From Deltaproteobacteria bacterium (GTDB taxonomy: Bacteria > Myxococcota_A > Polyangia > JAAYKL01), in NCBI GenBank assembly GCA_030595125.1, contig JAUVDV010000004.1, forward strand, positions 15,907 to 79,906: 64,000 nucleotides of DNA, written 5' to 3'. Of this stretch, positions 18,294-27,624 are shown piece by piece. Positions within the stretch are counted from its first letter, which is position 1. The number at the start of each line of letters is the position of its first letter. The translations under genes and the position numbers were made by a program. The notes beneath the pieces were generated by a model, which was given only the letters and a program-made list of their open reading frames with translations, had not been told where the DNA came from and did not search any database.

Positions 18294-19187
18294 TCAGCCA
18301 CCCCTTCGCAGGAACCGCCGCAGATGGAAGGCGAAGGCCCGGGGTTCCACCAGGTCGGACACCTCGCGATGACACGACAGCTCGCAGCGATCGCACTCGC
18401 CGGGCTCCAGCTCGTCGATCATGCAGCCGTCGATCTCGCGTCCGTCCGGTGCGACGGTGGTCAGCAGCCATGGGCGGCAGGCGCGCCGCGTGCCGACCCG
18501 CGAAAGGGTGTAGGGGACGTTGACTACCGGGTAACGCACGGCCAGCGCCTCGATCTCGGTGCCGACCTTGCGGATCTCGTCCGGCCCGAGCGCAATCGGA
18601 TCACGGCCCGCGTAGTCGTACACGAAGCTGAACCAGAAGCCGTCGAACACGTCGATCAGCGGGTCCATCAGCGCCGGGATCTCGTATCTGTTCAGCCGCG
18701 AGACCGTGACCAGCGCGTGCCTCACGCCCTTTGCACTCGCCGCGTTATGCCGCAGCTGCTCGTACGAGCCGGGGCCTCGGATGCGATCGTGGGTCTCGGG
18801 GAGCCCGTCGACCGAGATCAGGAAGCGATGGGGGTGCAGCCCGGTGAGATCCCGCGTGCCGTTGGTGGACAGGGTCACGCGCCCGCCGCACTGGGCGGTG
18901 AAATCGATCAGCTCGGCCAGGTCTTCGCGGTTGGTGGGCTCGCCCCCTTCCAGCACGAAGCTCGACACGCCGCGGCTCCGGAGCTCGCGGATCCGTTCCT
19001 TCCACTGTTCGGTGGACAGCTCGTCGCACTGCTGCTGCGACCAGGGACAGTGGAGGCAGACGAGGTTGCACCGGTAGGTCAGCTTGAGCGTCGCCGCGAA
19101 CGGGGAGCGGTCCCCGGCCAGCCAGCGCGCCTGCCGCCGGCCCATCGAGGCCAATGACGTCAGTAGCTCGATGCTCAACGCCTTCAC
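18294..19187 (-). CDS. Radical SAM enzyme with a C-terminal Cys-rich (twitch/DUF3463-like) domain
   Basis: CNLVCLHC, GGEP, SVDG...HDRIRG; C-terminal CRPW...GC...CDRCELSC. Confidence 0.9.
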   Translation of the reverse strand: MKALSIELLTSLASMGRRQARWLAGDRSPFAATLKLTYRCNLVCLHCPWSQQQCDELSTEQWKERIRELRSRGVSSFVLEGGEPTNREDLAELIDFTAQCGGRVTLSTNGTRDLTGLHPHRFLISVDGLPETHDRIRGPGSYEQLRHNAASAKGVRHALVTVSRLNRYEIPALMDPLIDVFDGFWFSFVYDYAGRDPIALGPDEIRKVGTEIEALAVRYPVVNVPYTLSRVGTRRACRPWLLTTVAPDGREIDGCMIDELEPGECDRCELSCHREVSDLVEPRAFAFHLRRFLRRGG

Positions 19188-19190
19188 CGG

Positions 19191-20432
19191 TTATCTCCCC
19201 TCATCGTTGACGAAACGCGGATCGATCTTTGGGTACATACGCGAGACGAAGTACATGTGCTTGAGCAGGAGGCGGTAGGTGCCGTCGCCGTAGCGTTCGA
19301 ACACGCCGGCGGGACGCTTCGCCGGGCCGCCGCCCCGCCGGGCCAGCTCTTCATGGGGCAGCTTGCCAGCACCCTCGAGTTCGCCCAGGATCTCCCGGTT
19401 GCGCTCGACGAGGCAGTCGGCCCGGGGATATTCCAATTCCCCCCGCATCCGCCGCCAGATGCGCTCCAGCGGCTCGTCCTGAACGTTGCCGTAGGAGACC
19501 GGACAGAAGTCGCAGGGGCAGACCTCTCCCCGAGAGTCCACGTAGAGTCGATACGTGCCGCCGCAGCAACCGAGCACCTCGGGGCTCTCGACATAGGGGT
19601 AGTTGAGCAGCAACGGCAAGCGGCGGTCGGTGGCGGAGCGCCGCGCCAGGTCGATCATCCACTGCCGGTCCTCCGCCGTGAGCAGGGATCCGTGCGCGGC
19701 CCGCAGCTTGCCCACCGGGCGTGGCTGAAAGATCTGCACCGCCTCGATGCCCAGCCGCCGCATCTCCAGGAGGAAGCGCTCCAGTTCGCCGGAGCGGATC
19801 CGGCCGCTGGTGACCAGGGTGCTCACCTCCCGCTGGATCCGGTACCGGCGCAGCGTTTCCAGCGTGGCGATCGCGCGGGAGTACGAGCCCTCGCGCCCGC
19901 GCAGCCGGTCGTGCTCGGCCTCATCCAGGCTGTCCACGCTGACTAGCACCAGCAGGTTGGAGCGACCCTCCAGCCGCCGCGCGGTCTCCTCCGGCAGCTC
20001 CCAGCCCGAGGAGAAGACAAGCGCACCCGTGGGCGGCGCCACCCGCTCGATGTACTCCGCAAGGCGCTCGCTGAGGAACGGCTCGCCGCCAGTGAAGGCG
20101 ATCGCCGAGGTGCCCATCCGTTGCAGATCGTCGATCACGCCCAGCATCGCCTCGCGTGGCAGCGAACGCCCACGGCGCACCCCCTCGGAACAGTGCCAGC
20201 AGTCGAGCGGACAGCGGGGGGTGACTACCAGGGTCGCGATCTCCGGATGGTCGCGCTCGCCAACGCCGCGAACCAGCTCGCGCAGGGTGGCCCGGGCGAA
20301 GTGTGCGCGCAGGCTGCTCATTTCGAGCATGCCGCGCCGCGTTAGGTCGAGCGCGTACTGGCCGGCCAGTCTGGCCAGGGTCGCGACGTCGCGCGCCCGT
20401 ACCGCCCCGCGTATGTCGCCGTTTCGCTTCAT
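19191..20432 (-). CDS. Radical SAM enzyme, SPASM/twitch subclass
   Basis: CPLDCWHC, FTGGEPFL, SVDS...HDRLRG; CCGG-x-LYVDSRGEVCPCDF-x-YGNV-x-LERIW. Confidence 0.92.
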   Translation of the reverse strand: MKRNGDIRGAVRARDVATLARLAGQYALDLTRRGMLEMSSLRAHFARATLRELVRGVGERDHPEIATLVVTPRCPLDCWHCSEGVRRGRSLPREAMLGVIDDLQRMGTSAIAFTGGEPFLSERLAEYIERVAPPTGALVFSSGWELPEETARRLEGRSNLLVLVSVDSLDEAEHDRLRGREGSYSRAIATLETLRRYRIQREVSTLVTSGRIRSGELERFLLEMRRLGIEAVQIFQPRPVGKLRAAHGSLLTAEDRQWMIDLARRSATDRRLPLLLNYPYVESPEVLGCCGGTYRLYVDSRGEVCPCDFCPVSYGNVQDEPLERIWRRMRGELEYPRADCLVERNREILGELEGAGKLPHEELARRGGGPAKRPAGVFERYGDGTYRLLLKHMYFVSRMYPKIDPRFVNDEGR

Positions 20433-20595
20433 GATCGCTCTGACGCCCCGTCAACGAGGTCGCCCGGAAATACTAGTTCTCCAACGACTGAGGGTCAAGG
20501 AGACCGTCCCCGCTGCGGCGCCGGGGCGGACCCGGCCGGGGTTGCGCCCCGACCCCGGAGGTGTAAACTATGAAGCCGCCGCCGAGGGGAGCCGA

Positions 20596-21597
20596 ATGCG
20601 CGCATCCAACATCATCCGTTACCATCTCAAGTACTTGCGGCGGCTCGATCACCGGCAGCGCGCCAGGTTCGTCAAGTGCCAGCTGCGCTCCCGCGCCGGG
20701 GCGCTGCAACTCAAGGAGCTGTTCATCAGTTCCTCGCACGCCTGCAACGCCGATTGCGTTCACTGCTACGAGAAATTCACCCACGAGAAGTTCCCCCGGT
20801 CGCTGACCACCGAGCAGGTGCGGAGCGCCGTGGACCAGCTGGTGGAGCTCGGCGGCTACCAGGTGTTCTTCTGCAGCGGCGAGTTCCTGCTGCGCAGTGA
20901 CGCGCTGGACCAGATCGCCTACGCCCGGTCGCGCGATCTGGCGGTCAGCATCACCTCCAACGGGATACTGCTCGACGAGCCCACCGTCACCGCAATCGAC
21001 GAGGCCGGGGTGACCAAGCTGATCGTCTCCATCGACAGCGCCGACGCCTCCCGGCACGACGAGCTGCGGGGGGTGCAGGGCTGCTTCGAAAGCGCGGTAG
21101 GCGGGATCCGCCTGGCTCTCTCGCGGAGCATTCTCACCGAGATCTGGACCTACGTGTCGAGGAGCAACCCAGGCGAGCTGCGGGCCATCTCGCGCCTGGG
21201 AGAGGAGCTCGGCGTCGATTCGGTGTTCGTCTTCTTCCCCCTGCTCTCCGGCCACTTCTACGACAAGCCCGAGGAGAACCTCGCCCGGGAGGAGCGGGAT
21301 CGCTACCGCCGCGAGTTCAACCGCTCTCCCAAGGTGATGCTGGAGTTCCCCGACGAGGCGGATCACTGCCGCGGCGGCGGGGCCTACCACATCAATGTGA
21401 TGCCCTCCGGGCACGTCACCTACTGCCCGGCGGTGCCTTACTCATACGGGCACATCGACTCCCGCTCCCTGCGGGAGTGCCTGGTGGACATTCGCCGGGA
21501 CCGCCAACGGCTGGCTCACTGCTGCCGCGGCCAGTGTCCGGTGAACTTCGACGACTACCGCCGGGGCTGCAACGCCCGGTTCATATACGGCGACTGA
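20596..21597 (+). CDS. Radical SAM enzyme, SPASM/twitch subclass
   Basis: Real start ATG 20596 (GAGGGG SD); the 19747 extension is an antisense shadow. CNADCVHC, SGEFLL, SIDS...HDELRG, CRGGG-x-INVMPSGHVTYC, CCRGQC. Confidence 0.9.
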   Translation: MRASNIIRYHLKYLRRLDHRQRARFVKCQLRSRAGALQLKELFISSSHACNADCVHCYEKFTHEKFPRSLTTEQVRSAVDQLVELGGYQVFFCSGEFLLRSDALDQIAYARSRDLAVSITSNGILLDEPTVTAIDEAGVTKLIVSIDSADASRHDELRGVQGCFESAVGGIRLALSRSILTEIWTYVSRSNPGELRAISRLGEELGVDSVFVFFPLLSGHFYDKPEENLAREERDRYRREFNRSPKVMLEFPDEADHCRGGGAYHINVMPSGHVTYCPAVPYSYGHIDSRSLRECLVDIRRDRQRLAHCCRGQCPVNFDDYRRGCNARFIYGD

Positions 21598-23060
21598 TGG
21601 CCAGGATTCTACTAGTCAAGTGCTCTCAGTACGAGGGGGTGCTCAGCGCCTTCTCCTACCCTCTGGGGCTGATGTACCTGGCCGCCCGGCTGCGGCGGGA
21701 GCGCGTCGACCACGAAGTGCGGATCCACGACCTGCGCACCCGAGACGAGAACTACGACGAGCTGCGAGACGTGGTGAACTCCTACCGGCCCGACCTGGTG
21801 GGGCTCAGCGCCATCACCGTGGAGGCTTCGAGCATGGCCCGGGCGGCGGCGGCGATCCGCGCCAGCGGCTTCGACGGGCCGGTAATCGCCGGCGGGCCCC
21901 ACCCCACGGCTTTCCCCGAGGAATCGCTGGCCTGCGCCGACATGGACCTGCTGGTGCTGGAAGAGGGAGAGGAGACCTTCGCCGAGCTGGTGCGCGAGTG
22001 GTCCCGCGGGGGAGATCTGCATCGGGTGCCCGGTGTAGCCTTCCGCAACGGTGCGGGAATCGGGCGCTCGCCGGCACGGCCTTTCATTCGGGATCTCGAC
22101 TCCATTCCGCTGCCCGCCTGGGATCTGGTGGACGTCGGGGAGTACTCGCAGTTCAAGAGCATGTCCGGCATCCGCTCCCGGCCGCGCTTCGCCAACCTGC
22201 TCACCTCGCGGGCCTGCCCGTACAACTGCACCTACTGCCTGTCCATCTTCGGCAAGAAGTTCCGCCCTCGTTCCCCGGAGAACGTGCTCGAGGAGGTGCG
22301 CCTGCTGGTCGATCGCCATGACGTGGGCTACATCGAGATCATTGACGACGTATTCAACCACCAGCTCGATCGGGCCAAGCGCATCTTCGACCTGATCCAG
22401 GCCGAGGGGCTGCCGGTGGACGTGGCCTTCCCCAACGGACTGCGCTGCGACACCCTCGACCGGGAATTCCTGGAGAAGCTCGCGTGTTTCGACCACGCGC
22501 TGATCTGCGTGCCGGTGGAGAGCGCCTCCCCGCGGATCCAGCGCATGATCCGCAAGAACCTGGACCTGGCCAAGGTGAGCTGGACCATCGACACCTGCGC
22601 CGATCTGGGAATCTATACCCGGGGCTATTTCATGCTCGGCTTCCCCGGGGAGACCGAGGCGGAGCTGAAGGCCACGGTGGACTTCGCCGTGCGGTCCCGA
22701 CTGCACGCCGCCTTCTTCTTCGTGGTGGTGCCGTTCAAGGGCACCGAGCTCTACGACACCTATGCCAAGGAGCTTGGGCAGCGGGGCTACCGCCACGAGG
22801 ATCACGACTACTTTCGTGGACCGATGAACCTGAGCGCGGTCTCCGACGAGACCCTGTTTCAGATCCAGAAATGGGCCTACGTGCGGATGGCGGCCAGCCC
22901 TTCCCGCATCGCCCGAGTCTTCCGGGACTTCCCCAACCGGCGCTTCGTCTGGCCGGCAGTGAAGACCGGGATCGAGCTGTTCCGCGGCGCCGGCAAGGGG
23001 CACAAGCCGGGCCGGCCCGACCTCATCCCCGGGGCCAGCCGTCGTCCTACAGGCTACTGA
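21597..23060 (+). CDS. Cobalamin-binding radical SAM enzyme
   Basis: TGATG coupling to the upstream gene. N-terminal B12-binding Rossmann domain (YPLGLMYLAA, PDLVGLS, GGPHPT, EGEETF), then TSRACPYNCTYC, VESAS, YFMLGFPGET. Confidence 0.93.
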   Translation: MARILLVKCSQYEGVLSAFSYPLGLMYLAARLRRERVDHEVRIHDLRTRDENYDELRDVVNSYRPDLVGLSAITVEASSMARAAAAIRASGFDGPVIAGGPHPTAFPEESLACADMDLLVLEEGEETFAELVREWSRGGDLHRVPGVAFRNGAGIGRSPARPFIRDLDSIPLPAWDLVDVGEYSQFKSMSGIRSRPRFANLLTSRACPYNCTYCLSIFGKKFRPRSPENVLEEVRLLVDRHDVGYIEIIDDVFNHQLDRAKRIFDLIQAEGLPVDVAFPNGLRCDTLDREFLEKLACFDHALICVPVESASPRIQRMIRKNLDLAKVSWTIDTCADLGIYTRGYFMLGFPGETEAELKATVDFAVRSRLHAAFFFVVVPFKGTELYDTYAKELGQRGYRHEDHDYFRGPMNLSAVSDETLFQIQKWAYVRMAASPSRIARVFRDFPNRRFVWPAVKTGIELFRGAGKGHKPGRPDLIPGASRRPTGY

Positions 23061-23063
23061 CTG

Positions 23064-24092
23064 CTAGAACGAGCGCCACTCCCCGATCTCGAACACCATG
23101 TTGCCCTGATAGCTGTGCCGCAGCTGGCCGTGGCGCAGGTCCAGCTCGAACGGGGCGATGTAGATCGGGAAGTCGCGGGATCGCCGGGCGCGGCTGTCCA
23201 CGCGCAACACCACGTCCAGATCCTCCTCGCCATAGATGAGAGAAAAGGCACCGTTGCCCCGATCCGGCGGGCTCACCCGCAGATCGCCGTCCTCCACCAC
23301 CGCCACGCACTCGCCGTCGCGGTGGAGGGTGAGCAGCGTGCGGGCGTGGGGATAGTCGCCGGGCTTGAAGAACAGCACGGTGTACGGATCGGCGTAGGCG
23401 TAGCCCCAGTACCACCGTGCCGGGCGCTTGAGCTGCGACTTGAGCCAGCGGATGGACTCCAGGTAGCCGGTGCCGCGCAAGCCCTCCTTCTTTCCATCCA
23501 CGGTCAGCGAGCCCGAGAGCCGGCCCCTGGGGCAGGGCACCTCATACTCGAAGTAGTTGCCGAACTCCTCGTAGGAAAGCAAGTTGAACCCGCCTTTGCG
23601 GCACGTTTTCACGGTTTGCTCGACTGTGGCGTCGAGAACGATGTGCCGTCCCTTGTCGTCGATCTCAAGGTAGCACTTGTAAACATTACCACCATCTGTT
23701 TGCTGGCGGACGATGCGGTTGCTGCCGAGGGTGACGTCGAGATCCGTGTCCCGCACGACCAACTTGTTGGGGGGGTAGCGATTCCAAACGTTGATCACCT
23801 GCTCGTTGTCCCGCAGCACCACCAGGTTGATCCCTGCGAACGGTTTACCCGCAGAGTCGTGAAGCCGGCCGGCGAAGCCGACGTAGACCAGGGAGCCGTC
23901 GTCGGTGATGAAATAGAAGGTCCACTGCATCGCCAGCTTTTCCGGGTCGTACCAGGCACAGCGACTGCTCATCTCGAAAGGATCGGCCGCCGTGGAGCCG
24001 GAGTTTCCGCAGAGCCACCAGAGCGGCACTGACGCAACGATCAGCGCCACCAAACCGAGCAACAGCACCTTTCCCTTGCCACCCCACCTCAT
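23064..24092 (-). CDS. Membrane-anchored AttH/CrtC/Svf1-like beta-barrel (lipocalin-like) protein
   Basis: N-terminal TM anchor; QWTFYF; GRLSGSLTVDG...GTGYLES...RWYWGY pattern typical of the AttH/hydroxyneurosporene-synthase fold (from recall); ATGA overlap at 24089-24092. Confidence 0.6.
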   Translation of the reverse strand: MRWGGKGKVLLLGLVALIVASVPLWWLCGNSGSTAADPFEMSSRCAWYDPEKLAMQWTFYFITDDGSLVYVGFAGRLHDSAGKPFAGINLVVLRDNEQVINVWNRYPPNKLVVRDTDLDVTLGSNRIVRQQTDGGNVYKCYLEIDDKGRHIVLDATVEQTVKTCRKGGFNLLSYEEFGNYFEYEVPCPRGRLSGSLTVDGKKEGLRGTGYLESIRWLKSQLKRPARWYWGYAYADPYTVLFFKPGDYPHARTLLTLHRDGECVAVVEDGDLRVSPPDRGNGAFSLIYGEEDLDVVLRVDSRARRSRDFPIYIAPFELDLRHGQLRHSYQGNMVFEIGEWRSF

Positions 24093-25867
24093 GGCGCAGC
24101 CCCTCGTTCGACGGTGATGGCGGCGGACGCCCGGCCGAGCGGCTCGAGTCGCCGCGCGTCGGTGAACAGCAGGTACCAGGTGTAGTCCCCCGGCGGCCAG
24201 TCTTCGAGGTGCACGTCCAACGACCCATTGAAGCCGTAACATCCCGGGGAATGACGCACCCAGCTCGGCCATTGATCGCGCGGGTGGACCCGTCGATGCA
24301 ACCGGTAGCCATCGAAGAAGGCGACCCAACCGCGCGGCGGGCGGACGATGAAGTAGATGTTCATCGCCCGGGGTCTCCCGGGGTCGATTACCGAGAAGTC
24401 GAGGCGCATGGTATCACCGTCGTGGTAAGTTCGGCGGTCTGTCGACAGCTCCGTCCGCAACGGATCCGGTCGTTCCTCGATCGGTCCCTCGATCAACCGT
24501 CCCAGCGGCGCCGGCGTATCGATCGGTTGTTCGTCGTCGGGCCCCTCCCCACGCCGTTCCGGGCTCAGAGCGTCGGTGAGGCCCAGGCGCTGCAACAGGT
24601 CCCCCCCGTAGAAACCAATCGGGCCGCCCGCCGGAGGGTCGATCAAGCCACCGTAGTCGAGGTCGGTCTCGGCGAGCACATCCCACCGGCCATCGTACAT
24701 GAAGGCGCCGAGGAGATGGATACCGATGGAGACTACCGCAACGCTGAAGAATGCCGCCGCGGCCAGCTTACGCCGACTGAGCAGGTTCGCGAGTGGATAG
24801 AAGAGGAAGCACAGCAGCGGTCCGATGTCGGCGAGCAGGCGGGGCCCGTAGCAGTGTCCACCCCACCACATGAACCACTTGCCGACCAGCAGCATGACGA
24901 GCACCGCGCCCGCAGCCACGGCGATGGCGAGCCCATCGCGCGTCCTCGCGGCAATGACCACCCCACCCACCGCGAACAGCAGCACCGGTGAGTAGACGAA
25001 CAGTCCCCGCGCCAGTCCGAACAACGAACCGAACAAGCCCTCGTACAGCGGGATCTGCTTGAACCAGGACAAGAGGTCGATCTCGATGTTCTCGAAGGTA
25101 GGGGATGGCGCCCCGAATACGATCAGGTAGTACACCAGCAGCGGCGCCAGCGGCATGAGAAAGGCAACGAGGCAGGGAAGCACCTGACGGCGATGCCGCA
25201 ACAGTAGCCATATTCCGAGCGGCAGGGCGACAAACAGGTTGAGCGCCCGCATCGTCGCGGCGGCGCCGAGGGCCAGGGCGGCGAAGGGCATGTGGCGTTC
25301 GTCGATCTTCTCGGCACGGACCAGCAGGAACAAGGTCAGTGAGAGCATCATCTGGCTCGGACCGTGTTGCCAGAGGGCCTGGCTGCTGATCGAGAGCGAA
25401 CTCGTGCCCAGCCCGTAGACGAGGGCGAAGACGATCGCCCACCACCGTGAAATCAGATGCGCGAGGGCGAGAAACAGGAACAGCACCGATAGCACAGTAA
25501 TGCCTGTCGCCGCGTACTTCTCCAGGGCTTCGGCCTCCTCACTACCCGCCTCTATCCCGCTGAGCACGGGCACCAGGTAGACTGGCAAGGCGAGCAGAGC
25601 CGGTCCTATGGTGTACGCCGAGTATACGTGTTCTCCACGCTTGCGCAGGTAGTAGGGCACGGTTTCCACTGTGGGAAAGCAAGCCCGCGCCCGCTCGTCG
25701 TGAAGGAAAGCGAATTCGTCGAGGTCGAAGTTGCCCTCCCTGATCAGGCTGAACGGCACGCAACGAGTCGGCAGGGTATCACCGCTTACTATCGTGCGAC
25801 CGTTAAGCAGGTAGACCGTTGCAGTGATGGCGACCAGCGCTGCGGCCATGAGGGTCGTTCGGATCAC
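24089..25867 (-). CDS. GT-C-like multi-TM glycosyltransferase with a C-terminal extracytoplasmic domain
   Basis: GTG start overlapping the UbiA stop. SGDTLP...LIREGNFDLDEF, SQALWQHGP, RGLFVYSPV, WWGGHCYGPRLL; about 10 TM helices. Confidence 0.7.
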   Translation of the reverse strand: MIRTTLMAAALVAITATVYLLNGRTIVSGDTLPTRCVPFSLIREGNFDLDEFAFLHDERARACFPTVETVPYYLRKRGEHVYSAYTIGPALLALPVYLVPVLSGIEAGSEEAEALEKYAATGITVLSVLFLFLALAHLISRWWAIVFALVYGLGTSSLSISSQALWQHGPSQMMLSLTLFLLVRAEKIDERHMPFAALALGAAATMRALNLFVALPLGIWLLLRHRRQVLPCLVAFLMPLAPLLVYYLIVFGAPSPTFENIEIDLLSWFKQIPLYEGLFGSLFGLARGLFVYSPVLLFAVGGVVIAARTRDGLAIAVAAGAVLVMLLVGKWFMWWGGHCYGPRLLADIGPLLCFLFYPLANLLSRRKLAAAAFFSVAVVSIGIHLLGAFMYDGRWDVLAETDLDYGGLIDPPAGGPIGFYGGDLLQRLGLTDALSPERRGEGPDDEQPIDTPAPLGRLIEGPIEERPDPLRTELSTDRRTYHDGDTMRLDFSVIDPGRPRAMNIYFIVRPPRGWVAFFDGYRLHRRVHPRDQWPSWVRHSPGCYGFNGSLDVHLEDWPPGDYTWYLLFTDARRLEPLGRASAAITVERGAAP

Positions 25868-26766
25868 TTCGCCGCTCCCCGGTCGAGCACGATCTCGCTG
25901 ATCCTGATCGCGACGATGCCCACGCCGATCGCCATGAATATCAAGCGGTAGGCCAGCTTCAGGCGAGTCGCGCTCGCAAAGCTGAGGCCCGATGCGTAGG
26001 CTCGCCAGCAGACAATCGCGTAGACCGGGTACAGCATGATGAGGAACGCCATCTCCCGTGCCACGGTGCCGCGCATGGCAAGCCAACCCAGGTAGGCAAA
26101 GGCGGCGGTGAACAGAAGGAGACTGGCGAAGAATACCGGCCGCTGTCCAAAGGTCACCGCGTTGGTCCGAACCCCACTGTCTCGATCCGTTTCGTGGTCG
26201 CGCACCTCCTGGTTGAGGTGCCCTCCGACGAATACCAGCGCAAAGAACACGCCGAGCTGCAGGCTGCGAGAGTCGATCGCGGCCTGCAAGGTGTAGCCCA
26301 GCAGGAACTGCAGACACTGGCCCACCAGATGGGTGAGGGAGGAGGCGACGGGCAGGCCCTTGGCTCCACCAGCCGGCCAAGAGTACAGGACGCCCGCAAG
26401 GGCGATACCGGCGGCCAGGGTCAGGGAGAGCCAGGACAACAGGGCCATCAACATCAGGCTCACCGACGCCAGAAAGATACAAAACACCAGCATCTGCCGT
26501 TGCGTCACTCCCCGACTGGTGAAGACGTCCTCGGCCTTGGAAGGAGCGTTGCGATCCACTCGAAGGTCGGCCCAGTCGTTAAACAGAAAGATGAAGGCAA
26601 CCAGGCTGGTGGAGCCGAGGAGAAACAGACTCAGCCGTAGCCAGTCGAACTCGCCGAAGGTGCTCAGGGCGAACAGAATGCCGAGCACCGGCGCCCCCTG
26701 CAGGAACAGGATGTCCATCAATCTGACGCGTACCATGTGCGCGAGACAGCCGACAATCCACCGCAT
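25864..26766 (-). CDS. UbiA-family prenyltransferase
   Basis: First Asp-rich motif LFNDWADLRVD; second motif NQEVRDHETDRDSGVRTNAVTFG; about 8-9 TM helices. Start uncertain (26766 or 26802); an extended -10 TGtTACACT lies upstream. Confidence 0.85.
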   Translation of the reverse strand: MRWIVGCLAHMVRVRLMDILFLQGAPVLGILFALSTFGEFDWLRLSLFLLGSTSLVAFIFLFNDWADLRVDRNAPSKAEDVFTSRGVTQRQMLVFCIFLASVSLMLMALLSWLSLTLAAGIALAGVLYSWPAGGAKGLPVASSLTHLVGQCLQFLLGYTLQAAIDSRSLQLGVFFALVFVGGHLNQEVRDHETDRDSGVRTNAVTFGQRPVFFASLLLFTAAFAYLGWLAMRGTVAREMAFLIMLYPVYAIVCWRAYASGLSFASATRLKLAYRLIFMAIGVGIVAIRISEIVLDRGAAK

Positions 26767-26822
26767 ATTCAAAACCGTAGCTCGAATGCAGTGTAACATC
26801 AAGCCTGGATCCCGCCGACCGA

Positions 26823-26852
26823 TTGCCGATCGGCCCAGATCGGATGTATATT
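26823..26852 (+). promoter_or_regulatory. Putative sigma70 promoter of the GT2 gene with an operator-like inverted repeat
   Basis: TTGCCG-18 nt-TATATT; CCGATC-N6-GATCGG (26826-26843) spans the spacer. Confidence 0.4.
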
Positions 26853-26900
26853 GAATTTGTAGACCACTTCTGCAAAAAAGCGATTGAGGAAACAGGTTCC

Positions 26901-27581
26901 GTGAAGCTCAGCGTGATCATGCCGGTGTACAACGAGGCCGCCTCGATCGAAGCAATCGTGGCCAAGGTGCTCGCCAGCGACTTGGTGCAGGAATTGATCG
27001 TCGTGGACGACGCCTCCTCCGATGGCTCACGGGATATCCTCGAACGGATCGAGGGGCGAGATGAGCGGATCCACTGCTACCGGCACCGCACCAACTGTGG
27101 GAAGGGTGCGGCCGTGCGGACCGGCTTATCCCATTGTCACGCCGACGCCGTGGTAATTCAAGACGCCGATCTCGAGTATGATCCGGCAGACTACAAGGCG
27201 TTACTGGCCCCAATCATCGCCGACAAGGCAGACGTGGTCTACGGATCGCGTTATCTCGACCATGGGAATCGCCCACGCCAGCGCTGGGCCTATCGGTGGG
27301 CAAACCGGCTGCTCACCGTGCTGTCCAACTACTGCACCGGCCTCGCGTTGACCGACATGGAGACCTGCTACAAATGCTTTCGCCGGGAGGTGATCCAGCA
27401 GATGCCGTTAGAGCAGGATCGCTTCGGAATCGAGGTGGAACTCACGGCCCGGGCGGCGCGGATGGAGTGTCGGATCATCGAGGTCGGTATCAGATACGAG
27501 GGTCGCGGGCACGACCAGGGCAAGAAGATCGGTCTCATCGATGGGCTCGAGGCGCTGCATTGCATCTTCAGGTACTGGTGA
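26901..27581 (+). CDS. GT2 glycosyltransferase, polyprenol-phosphate glycosyltransferase (DPM1-like)
   Basis: KLSVIMPVYNE, VDDASSDGS, NCGKGAAVRTG, QDADLEYDP, VYGSRY, TDMETCYKCF, FGIEVELT; GTG start after a GAGG SD. Confidence 0.92.
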   Translation: MKLSVIMPVYNEAASIEAIVAKVLASDLVQELIVVDDASSDGSRDILERIEGRDERIHCYRHRTNCGKGAAVRTGLSHCHADAVVIQDADLEYDPADYKALLAPIIADKADVVYGSRYLDHGNRPRQRWAYRWANRLLTVLSNYCTGLALTDMETCYKCFRREVIQQMPLEQDRFGIEVELTARAARMECRIIEVGIRYEGRGHDQGKKIGLIDGLEALHCIFRYW

Positions 27582-27624
27582 CGGGGCTGACCCCCGTGGC
27601 AATACCGATGCAAACTCATCTAGA

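Noticed and set aside
19747-20595. N-terminal 283 aa of the 616-aa ORF
   Set aside because: Antisense shadow of the 19191-20432 radical SAM gene; Arg/Ser-rich text, and a good SD precedes ATG 20596.
25868-26482. N-terminal extension of the 797-aa ORF
   Set aside because: Overlaps the UbiA gene in another frame; the GTG at 25867 overlapping the UbiA stop is the natural start.
27581-27597. ACGGGG-ctgac-CCCCGT hairpin between the convergent GT2 and UXS-like genes as a terminator
   Set aside because: Only a 6-bp stem with no U-tract on either strand; possible but unsupported.
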